From TPA_inf: Saccharomyces (lineage: Eukaryota), in the NCBI GenBank assembly GCA_000146045.2, contig BK006938.2:1024001-1088000 (forward strand): a stretch of 64,000 bases of DNA. Reading direction: 5' to 3'. Each line of letters begins with the position of its first letter. The first letter of the stretch is position 1. The notes beneath the pieces are model-generated. The model saw nothing but the letters and a program-made list of their open reading frames with translations, did no database searches and was not told the DNA's origin. Shown here one piece after another: positions 49,402 to 60,100 of this stretch. A program made the translations under genes and the position numbers.

Positions 49402-49488
49402 ATAGAAAACTTGTTCAGTTACAAGAAACTTGCTGAAATATATTGGCTTATTCATGCTTTTAGGTTTCTTTGTTTTGCTTAAGATCAT
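49402..49488 (-). CDS. HNT2: HNT2 exon 1 (29 codons, MILSKTKKPKSMNKPIYFSKFLVTEQVFY)
   Basis: ATG at 49488-49486 on the minus strand with 87 nt of open frame ending at the GTATGC donor; the combined length with exon 2 matches the known 217-aa Hnt2. Confidence 0.8.
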
Positions 49489-49734
49489 TCTGAGCCCAAG
49501 ATAGATCAATGGAGCTTCCTTTTTTTCTTCGCTTCTTACAATTGAGCAGAAAAGAAGATTCGACCATATCTTGAGAAACGTATAAACCAGGAAAATTACA
49601 CATTCTAATTGGTGTCAATGGCAAAATATATGCAAGTTTGCATGTAAAATATTTTTTTTAGGCCGGATAAAATAATTCTTCCTAATAGTGTCTAAAAGAA
49701 AACACTGACTCTTATAAAACAAACAATGAACATT

Positions 49735-51171
49735 TTAATAATTAAGATATAAACTGCCATCTTGATCTTCCAAAGAGACTACCAAATCAGCGACTTCATC
49801 GCTTTTCATGTTCCACCCCAGCTTGGGAGAAACACAAATATTCTTTAGGCAGGGCAGCCTGGATTCCAGTATGGCTATAGTCAAGTCATCGGGATGAATC
49901 TTAGAAGCTAATCCCAAGGATCCGCTGCATTCTAAGTACAATGTTTTAAGAGGCCTATCATATTCCACCAATTTACTTAGCATGAATTCAGAAAAGCACC
50001 ACTTAGAACAGTAATCAACCATGAGCTGCAAAGAAATTAAATTAGCACAGTACGTGAAGACATGGTCTAGGGAATTTTCTGCCAGAGATGGCATCGGATA
50101 ATGAAAAAATAAATGCTTTAAATTATCACCGATCTGTGATAACAACGAATAAATAGACAATTCCGTTATTTGAGGACAATAAGAGAATTCTAAAGTTGTA
50201 ATAGTTGTTGGCCATTTCGTATCAATCACAAATTCATTTGTTATACCTCCACTCAATTTCAAGTACCTGAGATTCTGTGGCCATTGAATATCTTGGAACC
50301 CTTGGCAGTCAATCGACGATCTGGGAAAAGATAAATGCGTTAATTTAGTGAAATTTTTAATGGCAGAAAATAACTCCTTCAGCTTAACTGTTTCCGATAC
50401 TAAACCCAAGTCTAAAAATTTCAAATCATGACACGATTTCAATGAAATCAAAGGCGCGTAACCAAAGCTTGTCTGTGGTGCGATGAATTTAGTTAGGTTA
50501 GAACAGCATCGTCGTAAAAGCTTGGAGACAAATGAATTTCTACCACTTTGTAAAATTGTAGACAAGTTCAACTCAAAAACATAGTGTCCTAAATTCTTCT
50601 TTTTATTTATGATTATTGTATCAACAAACCCGTTGAAATTCTTACTTGTTAACGCTGGTGCATAATAAAGCTTTGGTAGACACATGGCGTACCAGTTTCT
50701 GCAAACTAGTAAGTAGTTCATATTTATACCAGTCGTAGTTTTTTTTCCATTAGCAGTTTTATTTAATTTTTCTTCTTTCTCTGGTATATCAAGATAATGA
50801 ATTATTCTATGCTGTATCTCCCATGGCAAAACCATCTTTACTGATACTGAATGCATCCTCGCTTCCTCACTCTCTATGACTTTGCCATTTTTTTCTCCTT
50901 TGGAGGACGATGTCGATGATGACGATGGCGACTGCTTACGTCCTTTTTTATCCTTTTTTTCATTACTCAGTCGTGTCAATTTCACTATAGTATCATTGGT
51001 TTCATCATAGTAATAAGACCCCTGTGGAGTCTCAATGAGTTCTGCATCCTCCGGTATAGTGATAGTGAATTCTTTAGCCTTATTATCATTTCTTGTAGAG
51101 GAGAAACCCTCTCCCGCCACGTACTTCCTGTAAGGAGCCTTGATTTTCTTGGGTCGTGATTTGTTTGCCAT
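49735..51171 (-). CDS. YDR306C, F-box protein (putative SCF substrate adaptor)
   Basis: 478-aa ORF with an F-box-like region (LPWEIQHRIIHYLD) followed by leucine-rich repeats. Confidence 0.8.
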   Translation of the reverse strand: MANKSRPKKIKAPYRKYVAGEGFSSTRNDNKAKEFTITIPEDAELIETPQGSYYYDETNDTIVKLTRLSNEKKDKKGRKQSPSSSSTSSSKGEKNGKVIESEEARMHSVSVKMVLPWEIQHRIIHYLDIPEKEEKLNKTANGKKTTTGINMNYLLVCRNWYAMCLPKLYYAPALTSKNFNGFVDTIIINKKKNLGHYVFELNLSTILQSGRNSFVSKLLRRCCSNLTKFIAPQTSFGYAPLISLKSCHDLKFLDLGLVSETVKLKELFSAIKNFTKLTHLSFPRSSIDCQGFQDIQWPQNLRYLKLSGGITNEFVIDTKWPTTITTLEFSYCPQITELSIYSLLSQIGDNLKHLFFHYPMPSLAENSLDHVFTYCANLISLQLMVDYCSKWCFSEFMLSKLVEYDRPLKTLYLECSGSLGLASKIHPDDLTIAILESRLPCLKNICVSPKLGWNMKSDEVADLVVSLEDQDGSLYLNY

Positions 51172-51460
51172 TACTGAGTACTGTGGTTGATATGATTATG
51201 TGTTAGAGCTGTTGCACATGTTTGTCGATGTACAAATCTTGACGATGCCGTCATATTACTCTCAATACTAGACACATCTTGTATTGACAACCCTTACCCC
51301 TCATGAAGAGGTAACCCGGCCGCAGGGCTTTAACAATAAAATAGAGACTATCATTCAACAATTACACAGTAGAAAAAAGTCAGAAGATTACTAATCTCGA
51401 TCTTAAGTCTATTAGTCAATTAAATGTGGCCTAGGATTCAACTAAAAATATAGTAGTAGT

Positions 51461-51471
51461 GAAAAAACAAA
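51461..51471 (-). terminator. RNA polymerase III terminator T-run (TTTGTTTTTT on the minus strand) immediately 3' of the tRNA
   Basis: The + strand reads gaaaaaacaaa, so the minus strand has T3-G-T6 directly after the tRNA discriminator base. Confidence 0.8.
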
Positions 51472-51544
51472 TGTTCCAACCGAGGATCGAACTCGGGACC
51501 TTTGCCGTGTGAAGGCAACGTGATAGCCGCTACACTATTGGAAC
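51472..51544 (-). tRNA. tRNA-Val, anticodon CAC, 73 nt, no intron
   Basis: The minus-strand sequence GTTCCAATAGTGTAGCGGCTATCACGTTGCCTTCACACGGCAAAGGTCCCGAGTTCGATCCTCGGTTGGAACA folds as a cloverleaf. The acceptor stem pairs GTTCCAA with TTGGAAC, the anticodon stem pairs TTGCC with GGCAA around the loop TTCACAC (anticodon CAC), the T arm pairs CCGAG with CTCGG around the loop TTCGATC, and the discriminator is A. Confidence 0.9.
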
Positions 51545-51864
51545 AATATTACGGATGACAGCTTAGGATTCATAAAGAACTAATAAAGGTGTGGCAATAA
51601 AAATGGTGCAGCAAGTCTCAACTTTACTGCTTCTTATAGTTACTTCCTGTCGTTTTCATCACACTAACCCTTTGTTTCATTGTGCTCCCCTTCCCTTCCT
51701 TTCAATATTGCTTCCTACATCGGTCACTCTTACTTTGGTAATGAAGTAATGAAGAAAGGAAAAATAGAAAATCGAATACTAAAAATGTTATTATTTAAGG
51801 AGAATAAGAACGTAGACACTTAAGGGCGATAGTGTTTGAACAGAAAAAAATTAACTTACAAAAC

Positions 51865-53853
51865 ATGAAGGACTTGAGATTACAGGGGCCCTACAGAAAG
51901 TACATTCCCTATAATATTTTCCAACAATGTGGAATTGGTCACTTAAAGACGCTTGATTATATTTTCGCGTTTTTGATTGTTATTACCAATTTCACATTAA
52001 TATGGAAATCGCACTCTTCTTCATTCTGGAACCGACCATGGGACAATAATAGTGAACAAGAACTTTCCCAATTAATTCAGTTTTACCTAGACAAGGCTTT
52101 TTACATCCATGAATTGCCACCATTTACAATACAGTTCTACTCCATTATTCGAAGATTAAAGATCGCAGAAAATTTAAGATACGTTTCTTTGTTTTTGAAT
52201 TCATCGACTTTAGGTTTTCTTTTCCTGATAACAAGGAGAATCAATTGCTCTCGTTTAATTTCAGCAACAGGTTTGCTGATATTATCCAACTGGGAAACTT
52301 TCAGAAATGAGGGCACTATTATATCATTTGACAGTTTAGAATGGTGTCTGTTCTCAGTAGTAATTTACAGTTTTATAAGCATTTCAATTGCAAAACTGGG
52401 AACTACGAATTGGTTTGCTAATGTGATTACATTATCTATTTCTTTAGGGCTGGCAATCTCTTCTAAATTTATTGGAATTGTCACTTGGGCCTTCGTAATT
52501 CTTTCTTTTGTACGTCAATTTGATAGACTGATAAGCGACGTTAAAGTTACGACCATCCAAATAATAAAATTTGTCATTCTCTGTCTATTATTCGTTTTGA
52601 TTATCCCTGGTTCCATCTTCATAATAAGTTATTCGAACTTACTTTCGAATTTTAAGACAGACACGCCACAATTTTCAAAATATATGAGCACATATTTCAA
52701 GTCCTATTTAAGAGGCCCTCAAGTACAACCGAGTCGATTGTACTATGGATCAACGATCACATTACGTCATTTAGATTCTATGGTCGGATATCTTGCTTCT
52801 CACGATATTTCGTATCCATCAGATGTTGACGAACAGTTAGTAGCGTTATCATTTGAAGAATTCGCGGCAGACAATGAATGGTTAATAGAACATCCTACAT
52901 TAAATTTGAGTTTTTCTGAGGTATACCATGCTGATCAATTGATACCTGTAGAATTTGGTCAAAGTATAAAACTAAGACACAAATCTACTGGAAAATTATT
53001 GAGAGCCAGCACTGCTAAACCTCCCATCAGCGAGCAGGACTATGACTTTCAAATTTCATGCACGAAAGATTCAAACTACGAAGGAGGAATGGATGAGAGA
53101 TGGGATGTTCTCCTGATTAAAGATGAAATCAACAATGATAAAAAGGATAACGCAGATGATAAATACATTAAACCGCTTCAATCAGAGATACGCTTTTACA
53201 ATAACGGCCAGAGATGTGGGCTATTGGGCCATGATCTTCGGTTACCTGAATGGGGCCGCTTTGAGCAAGAAGTCCTATGTATGGAGTACCCAGTAATACC
53301 AAGAACCACTTTTCTAATAGACTCAGTACAACTACCAGTCGATTTCCAAGTCCCAATGATAGAATATTATATCGGCAAAATAAGTTCTTCAGCAGAATTC
53401 AATCATACCTTATCTTGGTCACAATTTCTTTATCTTTTCAAAGAATATATTTTCAAACAATACAAGTACAATTACTATATTAAATACGGTAAAAATAAGG
53501 TCACTTTTGAAGATGCGTTCGCCGTGGAAAAATGGCCAATTACGTTAGACACAGACTCTCCAGTTTGGTTTAATTTTGCATGGTATGGATCCTTACTCTC
53601 GATGATCATTTTCATGTGCGTGCAATGTAAGAGAATGATATCTTGGAATCCGTGGACAACTGCTGAACCTTCCTTTTCTATCAAATGGGAGGTCTACAAT
53701 GAATTTGGCTGGGAGTGCATTGTCGGTTGGTTTTTACATTTTTACATCTTCACAATGAGTCCACACTTCAACTTGGGGAAAAAACTGTACTTCCAAAGTT
53801 TTTTCTTTAGTGTATTGTGTCTTTTAGAATCGTTAGATTGCCTTGCAAAGTAA
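51865..53853 (+). CDS. PMT7: protein O-mannosyltransferase family member (PMT-like, MIR domains)
   Basis: Multi-spanning N-terminal region plus a luminal MIR-type loop. The frame opens at 51832 (673 aa); known YDR307W is 662 aa, matching the ATG at 51865 (MKDLRLQGPY). Confidence 0.8.
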   Translation: MKDLRLQGPYRKYIPYNIFQQCGIGHLKTLDYIFAFLIVITNFTLIWKSHSSSFWNRPWDNNSEQELSQLIQFYLDKAFYIHELPPFTIQFYSIIRRLKIAENLRYVSLFLNSSTLGFLFLITRRINCSRLISATGLLILSNWETFRNEGTIISFDSLEWCLFSVVIYSFISISIAKLGTTNWFANVITLSISLGLAISSKFIGIVTWAFVILSFVRQFDRLISDVKVTTIQIIKFVILCLLFVLIIPGSIFIISYSNLLSNFKTDTPQFSKYMSTYFKSYLRGPQVQPSRLYYGSTITLRHLDSMVGYLASHDISYPSDVDEQLVALSFEEFAADNEWLIEHPTLNLSFSEVYHADQLIPVEFGQSIKLRHKSTGKLLRASTAKPPISEQDYDFQISCTKDSNYEGGMDERWDVLLIKDEINNDKKDNADDKYIKPLQSEIRFYNNGQRCGLLGHDLRLPEWGRFEQEVLCMEYPVIPRTTFLIDSVQLPVDFQVPMIEYYIGKISSSAEFNHTLSWSQFLYLFKEYIFKQYKYNYYIKYGKNKVTFEDAFAVEKWPITLDTDSPVWFNFAWYGSLLSMIIFMCVQCKRMISWNPWTTAEPSFSIKWEVYNEFGWECIVGWFLHFYIFTMSPHFNLGKKLYFQSFFFSVLCLLESLDCLAK

Positions 53854-54026
53854 CTCGTAGAAAGATTTTCTCCATTATGATTTTTCTCCCATTGCTTCAA
53901 TAATTCTCCGGTACAAATAGAGTAGCACAATTATTTATAAGAATAACATACATACGCTTAACTCTGCCATATAACTATAGTACATTTTCTGTCCTCTGTT
54001 CGCAAATTTCTTTGTAAAACTTAAGT

Positions 54027-54449
54027 TTATGTGCTCTTTTTTGAGTTTGCAATGCCATCTACAAAATCTTCAATTAAAGAATCAACGTGCCTTAAAAGTT
54101 TCTCCTTCTTTTTGATGGCCTCAATTTTTTCGTCTTCCACTTCAACTAGCTTTTTCTGCAACATATCAATCTTCCTTAATTGCTCTTCAGCTGAAACGTC
54201 AACACCAGGTAACGAGTCAATAAGCTTGTTTATCTGTCTTGTTTTAAGTATAATGTCCGTGGATAGCTCATCTATCGTGTTAGAAAATTCCTCAGGAGGT
54301 ACTACTGTGGCATGCTTATCGGACATCTGAGGTTCATTTACGGTCAATCGTTCAAAACCATGGTTCTTATCTATGTAGTTTAAAGTAGCACAGAATTGCT
54401 CCGTCATTTGGTCTAAACATATCTGCAATTGTGTTAATCTATCTGTCAT
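54027..54449 (-). CDS. SRB7: Mediator middle-module subunit Med21
   Basis: 140-aa ORF whose length and sequence match Srb7. Confidence 0.9.
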
Positions 54450-55010
54450 TGTTAAAGAGCATATAATGTATTGAACTAGTGAAATGTTATGTCCCTCTTT
54501 TAACCAATGGTTTACCGTTTGAATTATAATTATCTTTCAGAATTGATTTTTTTTCTAACTTTCTTGCAATGCGAACAAAGCTTGTAATTAAGCACGTACG
54601 GTTGGCCTTTAAAGGATTACAGAGAAAGACAAGGCTTCTACAGAAACAGCCACATGTTCTACAAAAGCGCACTTCACGCATATAAGCATATAAATGTTAG
54701 TTATATGAACAATCTTAAGTAATATATAATAAATCAGAAAAGTTTAACTGTAAAAGAAATTGTGTTTTAAAAGAAGATATAATAAACGAATGTATGGGAT
54801 AACGCCAAGTTAAATGAATGTCCTTGTTTTGTAACTAAAGCAGAAGAAATAATATTGTTAGCTCTAGTTATTTTAATAGTGAAAAAATAGCCGAAATAAA
54901 GAACAAAGAAAAAAGAATGAGGAAACGAATGAATGAGATTAACGAGTAAAAAACGAATGAATGATACTTCAGATGGTCCTTGAATATGTTTTATAAGCTG
55001 ATTCTTTGAA

Positions 55011-55030
55011 TTTTTTTTTTTTTTTTTTTT
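55011..55030. repeat. T20 homopolymer on the + strand (A20 on the GIC2 sense strand), 18-37 nt downstream of the GIC2 stop
   Basis: Read directly: 20 consecutive T at 55011-55030. Confidence 0.95.
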
Positions 55031-55047
55031 CATTTTCTGTCCTTAGC

Positions 55048-56199
55048 TTAAGTTTGCAGGGGCTCGAGCTGGTTGAAAGAATAAAGAACATCATCGAAAG
55101 ATTTTCTATGGTTTACAGGGGAGTCAGAGTAGGAAAATTTAGATTGTGGAGAAGGCGTAGCTATAGAGTTTCTTCTCTTGGGAAGAGGGCTTTGGCGTGA
55201 AGGAAAGAAGGCTTTTGCTGAGTCCTTATTTGAGTTTGGGGTCTCTAAAAGGCTACGATAAGCGCTTGACCTCTGAGAACGAGGCAAGAAGTCTAAAATA
55301 GGCTTATCTTCAAGTAGTGTGGGGAAGTTGTAGTTCTTCAAAAAATCCAGCGAAGACTCACTAGAATCCGTGGAATTAGTGTATCTATGACCCAGAGCGT
55401 GTGACTTATTTTTAAATTGTTTTGGAGATGCGTTTGGGGAATACTCAAAAATAGATGTAGCCATAGTTGACGTAGATACGACTCTCCCATTAATGGAATG
55501 ATTGTTTCCTTGTGTGTTTTTAGAGTAATTGGAGGACGTTACTGAGATCGAACGCGCGACTGATAGTCTTGATGTCTTATTTTCGTGCGATCTTGAAATG
55601 AGTTTGCTTTCACGATTAGCAGGGATCCTTTCAGTGACAAAAGCTTTATTTAGTGATTTCGAATCCCGCTTGCTTGAGGAGGAGGTATAGTCGTCCTTAA
55701 TCTCTGTGGACAGCGATGAAGGTTCCTGCAATTGCTCATCTTGGAATCCATTTCTAGTGTCAGCATGTGAAATATGTTGAAAATCAAATGGTGTGGAGAT
55801 ACCTTTACCTCTTATGTCCGGTTGGGCACCAAGCAACTTTTTCTTCAACAAATTAAGCTTAAGGAAAACCTTTTTGTGATTTGTCTTGTTGGCGCTGGAC
55901 GATGATGACGATGATTCTTTAGACTTTGCAGAGTTAGAATTACTTCTCCTGTGGTGGCAAGACGGATGTGAATTTGGTGAAAGTGGAGGCAACTCAATGT
56001 TTTTCTTGTTACTCAGCACAGGTTTATCGCTGTTGATGAAAGTAATGCCTAGGTTTTCTTCATCATCAGATCCCATGAATTGCTGGGCCTGCAGACCGTA
56101 GAGTTTTTCAGCTTCTTCATCTTCATCCAGCCAAATCGACCGCATCTGTGGAAGGTTCATGGTTTCGTTTCCAGTATTGGTAATACTTGCACTAGTCAT
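55048..56199 (-). CDS. GIC2: Cdc42 effector with CRIB domain (polarised growth)
   Basis: 383-aa ORF with the CRIB motif ISTPFDFQHISHAD and polybasic/Ser-rich regions. Confidence 0.9.
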   Translation of the reverse strand: MTSASITNTGNETMNLPQMRSIWLDEDEEAEKLYGLQAQQFMGSDDEENLGITFINSDKPVLSNKKNIELPPLSPNSHPSCHHRRSNSNSAKSKESSSSSSSANKTNHKKVFLKLNLLKKKLLGAQPDIRGKGISTPFDFQHISHADTRNGFQDEQLQEPSSLSTEIKDDYTSSSSKRDSKSLNKAFVTERIPANRESKLISRSHENKTSRLSVARSISVTSSNYSKNTQGNNHSINGRVVSTSTMATSIFEYSPNASPKQFKNKSHALGHRYTNSTDSSESSLDFLKNYNFPTLLEDKPILDFLPRSQRSSAYRSLLETPNSNKDSAKAFFPSRQSPLPKRRNSIATPSPQSKFSYSDSPVNHRKSFDDVLYSFNQLEPLQT

Positions 56200-56329
56200 A
56201 TTCGTTCTTTTGATAGCGTATTCTGTCAGGTATTCCTTTTGTTAGTGTTAGGTGTTTCGGAGCGAAAGATCGAGTTCGATAGCATAAAAAAAGAAGCTCT
56301 CTTGAGCAGTAGCAATAATATATACCAGA

Positions 56330-56336
56330 CACGAAA
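56330..56336. promoter_or_regulatory. SCB-like element CACGAAA about 130 bp upstream of GIC2
   Basis: gacacgaaac is read directly; GIC2 is a late-G1 SBF/MBF-regulated gene. Confidence 0.4.
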
Positions 56337-56582
56337 CAATCCATCAACAGGTCTCGTTTTACTGGAGTTTTACATTTTCAGTTTCTTTTTCGGATGCGAA
56401 TGATCACTAGCTTGCAAACACGAATTGATCACGTTTCACAATTGTTCCACCAAACATGGCGATAACGGCAGCGTTTCCTCGAGAAATAGGCAACATCTAG
56501 ATCTCGAAATGGTTGGTCTGCACCTGTTTCTGGGTGACCAATCCTCGGAGCCATTCCAGTGCTTAAGTCTTCAGGGGCCAGA

Positions 56583-56588
56583 ACGCGT
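56583..56588. promoter_or_regulatory. MCB element ACGCGT (MluI cell-cycle box) in the GIC2 upstream region, inside an unusually GC-rich segment (about 56440-56700)
   Basis: gaacgcgtct is read directly, with additional CGCG cores nearby (tcgcgcc, ccgcgcgc). Confidence 0.45.
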
Positions 56589-56944
56589 CTTTGCCGGGTG
56601 CCGCATTCTTTTGGCCCGGTCGCGCCTGCCCAAAGTAGCAATACACAACACCCAAAGAAGGAATTTCTTTTTCTGGAATATTAATGGAGCGGAGCCGCGC
56701 GCTTGCTGAACGCCAAAATTATAAAAACAAACTTTGCAGGTTTTTGAATCTGACGCAGTCAATCATGTTTCTTTTCTCGTGTAGGTTAATATAGATAAGC
56801 GCCCAGCGGTATGCTTTTTGCGTTTTTTGCTATTTTGAGACAATGGCGATAGTTTAAGTTTCTTAGTATGCAGAGGTGCTTTTGTACGACTGGGGCGTTC
56901 CTCAGCGCAAGAGTAAGAAATAGTTACAAATTCGTCGATAAAGG

Positions 56945-57003
56945 TGTATGTAATGTTAAGCGCTAAATATGTATGTAATGTTAAGCGCTAAATATGTAAT
57001 GTT
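56945..57003. repeat. 25-bp direct tandem duplication (TGTATGTAATGTTAAGCGCTAAATA x2, plus a partial third copy) 125-185 bp downstream of the SUM1 stop
   Basis: Unit 1 at 56945-56969 and unit 2 at 56970-56994 are identical; 56995-57003 (tgtaatgtt) repeats the unit with a 3-bp deletion. Confidence 0.9.
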
Positions 57004-57127
57004 CCAAATAAGTTGGGAGGTTACTTGGTTGGGCATAGTAACGGTCCATTATTTTGTGTTTTTTTTATTTTTTTTTATTTTTCATTTTTTTATCTATTCT
57101 CGAAACTGCCCCAACGTACGGACCAGC

Positions 57128-60100
57128 TTAACGGATATCTGGCGGTATGATTCTGGAATATTTGACCTGGTTGTTTTCTGAACCGTCATCAAGGAAGTCA
57201 AAAATTAACATGTTGTCGATGGTTTCATTCAGATTGTCTTCGTTAATGCCGTCCTGACCCAATGCCGGCAGTGTTTCGTTATGGGGAAACATCCACTCTC
57301 TCCATTGAGTGGTCACATTGTCGCAGAGGTCGTAGAGGATCATTTTTAGCAGGGTAATATGGTTGTAGAACCATGAAACGGATCGATTAATAAATATTCT
57401 GTAGTTTTCCATCTCTTTCACCGCATGCAGGATGGTGTAGTTGTGGAATCTTCTTTTGTCTCTTGATTGGTCTCTCCAAAATTCGAAAAGGGCAAATAAC
57501 GCCTTTCTCCTTTGCCAGGTTCTTTTGGATTCCCGAAGTTTTAAGCCTAGACCAACTAGTTTATTCTCCCACCTGAATTCCATCAAGAAGTACTCCAAAC
57601 TGTTAACGTATTTCTCTGTCAGCGTTGTCTTGCTCAAAATTTCAAAGGCAAGTTCCGTCTCTTCTTGAATATCAGGCTTGAAGAAATGCGCATTCATTTT
57701 TTCATGCTTTGATTTAGCAGCATAATCCTCCTCATTGATGCTAGAGTTGATCAATTCCTCTTCTTTCGCCTTGAATTTAAATTCCAGGTACGCTCCTGTG
57801 GTAATGGGAACGTCCGGAATATCTCTCCGGTAGAAGAAGCCTTCCCGGCAGATTAATTCAATGGGAGTTGCCGTTAACAATGTATTGCGTGACTCTGTAC
57901 CCAAACCGAGGTTTCCGTTGCCATTGCTACTATCGTTAGCAGACTCAGTATCGTTATGGATAGATGAAGTACCTTTGGATAAATCTGCGGAGATGTCTCC
58001 TGAGACATTCTCCACGGTGGCCAGCGTTCCGCTATTACCAACACCCCTTTCTCCCTCATCTTCTTCACCTTTTGTATGATCTTCTGTGCGTCTCTTCTTT
58101 GGTGATATGCTCGTATTCTCTGTTTGATCCAATGCACCGTCATCGCCTGCTGTTCTTTTCCTTATCGTGTCCGAAGGTTGTGAGTTTTCTAATGGAACGA
58201 ACGTGGTAGTTTCTTCATCTCCCGGGGTCTTTCTTTCATATTCTGCATTCTCCTTGGTAATTGCCTCTTCCCCAGAATTTAGCATGGACTGTATTCCAAC
58301 TTTGTGAACCGTATCGGCAGCGGATATGGTTAGACCCATCTTGAGAGAGTCGCTGTTTGCGTTTGAGCCCTCATTGTCAATATCGACGAGTTTTTCTTGC
58401 TCTAATGGTTGATATCCTTCCTGTTGGTGGTCTGAAATGCCGCTGATGGAGGCCGATCTTGGTTTTGGCGACATTGAAGAACCTTTAGTTGTTGGTTTTT
58501 CTGCACTTTTTATCTTTGAACGGGTGGAGATCTCATTCAAATTTAAGTTCAAGTGATTATCATGTATTATCGAAGTCATTCTTTTCCTCCTCTCTTCTTC
58601 TTTCATTGCTTTTAAGAGTTTCTTATTAGACTCCATAAATGACTTTGCTTTATCGCGATCGTTATATTTCATATTAACAAGCATTTTCTCCCTTGAATCA
58701 CGTCTTTTATCTAATTCTCTTTGTTGTCTATTCATCTCTGACGTAACCGCCGCAGCAGCGGCAGCTGTTGCTGCTGCTGGAGAGGAAACGGGTGGTAATT
58801 TGACCGTAATATTACCGCTGGCGTCATAACTTAATGAAAACTGATCGTTAACCATTAATCGGCGAATATCACTATTGATATCTGAATTAGCTGAAAATTT
58901 AATGACGTTGTCAGTATTATTATTATTGGTCGTATTATTACCACTATTTTCGCTGGATGATTTGATGGTTATTATTTTCTCCTTCTCGGTTTTATTTTCT
59001 TCAACATTTACCTTTCCTTCCACGTTATTATGAACAGTATCAGTAGTATTCGAATCCTCTGCGTTTGGATCACCATTAGTTGAAATTAGAGAGGCCAGTT
59101 CTAAACTTTTAATGTCTATTTCTTGTGTGGCTGACCTTGAAGTCCGAACCGGAGCCGGTTGTGACACAGGATTGGATGGAGATGATGGTATTTGATGAAA
59201 TTTGGAAGATGGAAGCAAGGAATTTATTGGAATCTCGTTTTTAATCCGATTAGATGCATCTGACTTATCTATCGTATCCGTGGAATTGGATATCATTGTT
59301 TCCACTGTTCTCTTTTTTGGGGGCCTGCCTCTTTTTCTTTTGATTTGAATTAAGTTGTTCGGCGTAACAGGTGTTGGTGTGATGGAGCTAGAATTAGCAG
59401 TGGATGGTCGCTCTTTACCATTTTCATTGTTCGTTCTTTGCGGTACGGAAGTCAAGGACATATCAGCATCATCTCTTGATGATGAAGGGGCAGATAATAA
59501 AAGCGACTCTTGTTTCGTTGATGGTTCCACAAAATACCTTTTGGATTTAGACGTTTGTACTACGGCAGTCGGTAAAGTAATATTTACTGGTGAGAAAGGA
59601 GCACCCTGATTGGATGCACTTTTGAGATTGACCGAGGCTGCGTTTGACACTAACTTATTCATTGTGGAGGTCGAGGCATCTTTTCTTGGCCTGCCAGGTC
59701 CCCTTCGAGAAGAAGAGGTATTATGCTGTGAACTGGTATTGTTGGATGAATTTTCTATGAGAAGGTTAGAGTGATTTACTTTCGAAGTATTTTGCAACAT
59801 TGTCGATAATTTGTTCAATCGTTCATTCAAATTATTGACCAATATGTCAGTATTTACTTGATTCTTCATGACATCATCCAGCTTATTTTCCAAAACTGAT
59901 TGGTTGTGTGATAAAACTTTTAATGAGTTAAACAAATCCTGCACAGAATCAGTGAGGGAAGTGTCTTTGGAAAGCAAAGCCGTCTTCAAATCGTTGCATT
60001 GTTTTGTGACTTTGTCCATACCCTCTTTTAGGGCTTCAATAGATGAATGTGGAAAGGCCTCGGAATCTTTTATATGAAGCGGATTTGAACCAAAACCAGA

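Noticed and set aside
56425-56762. Three overlapping 63-94-aa ORFs on both strands in the GC-rich GIC2 upstream segment
   Set aside because: High GC content removes stop codons by chance. The translations are Arg/Pro/Gly-rich low-complexity sequence, better explained as MCB/SCB-containing regulatory DNA.
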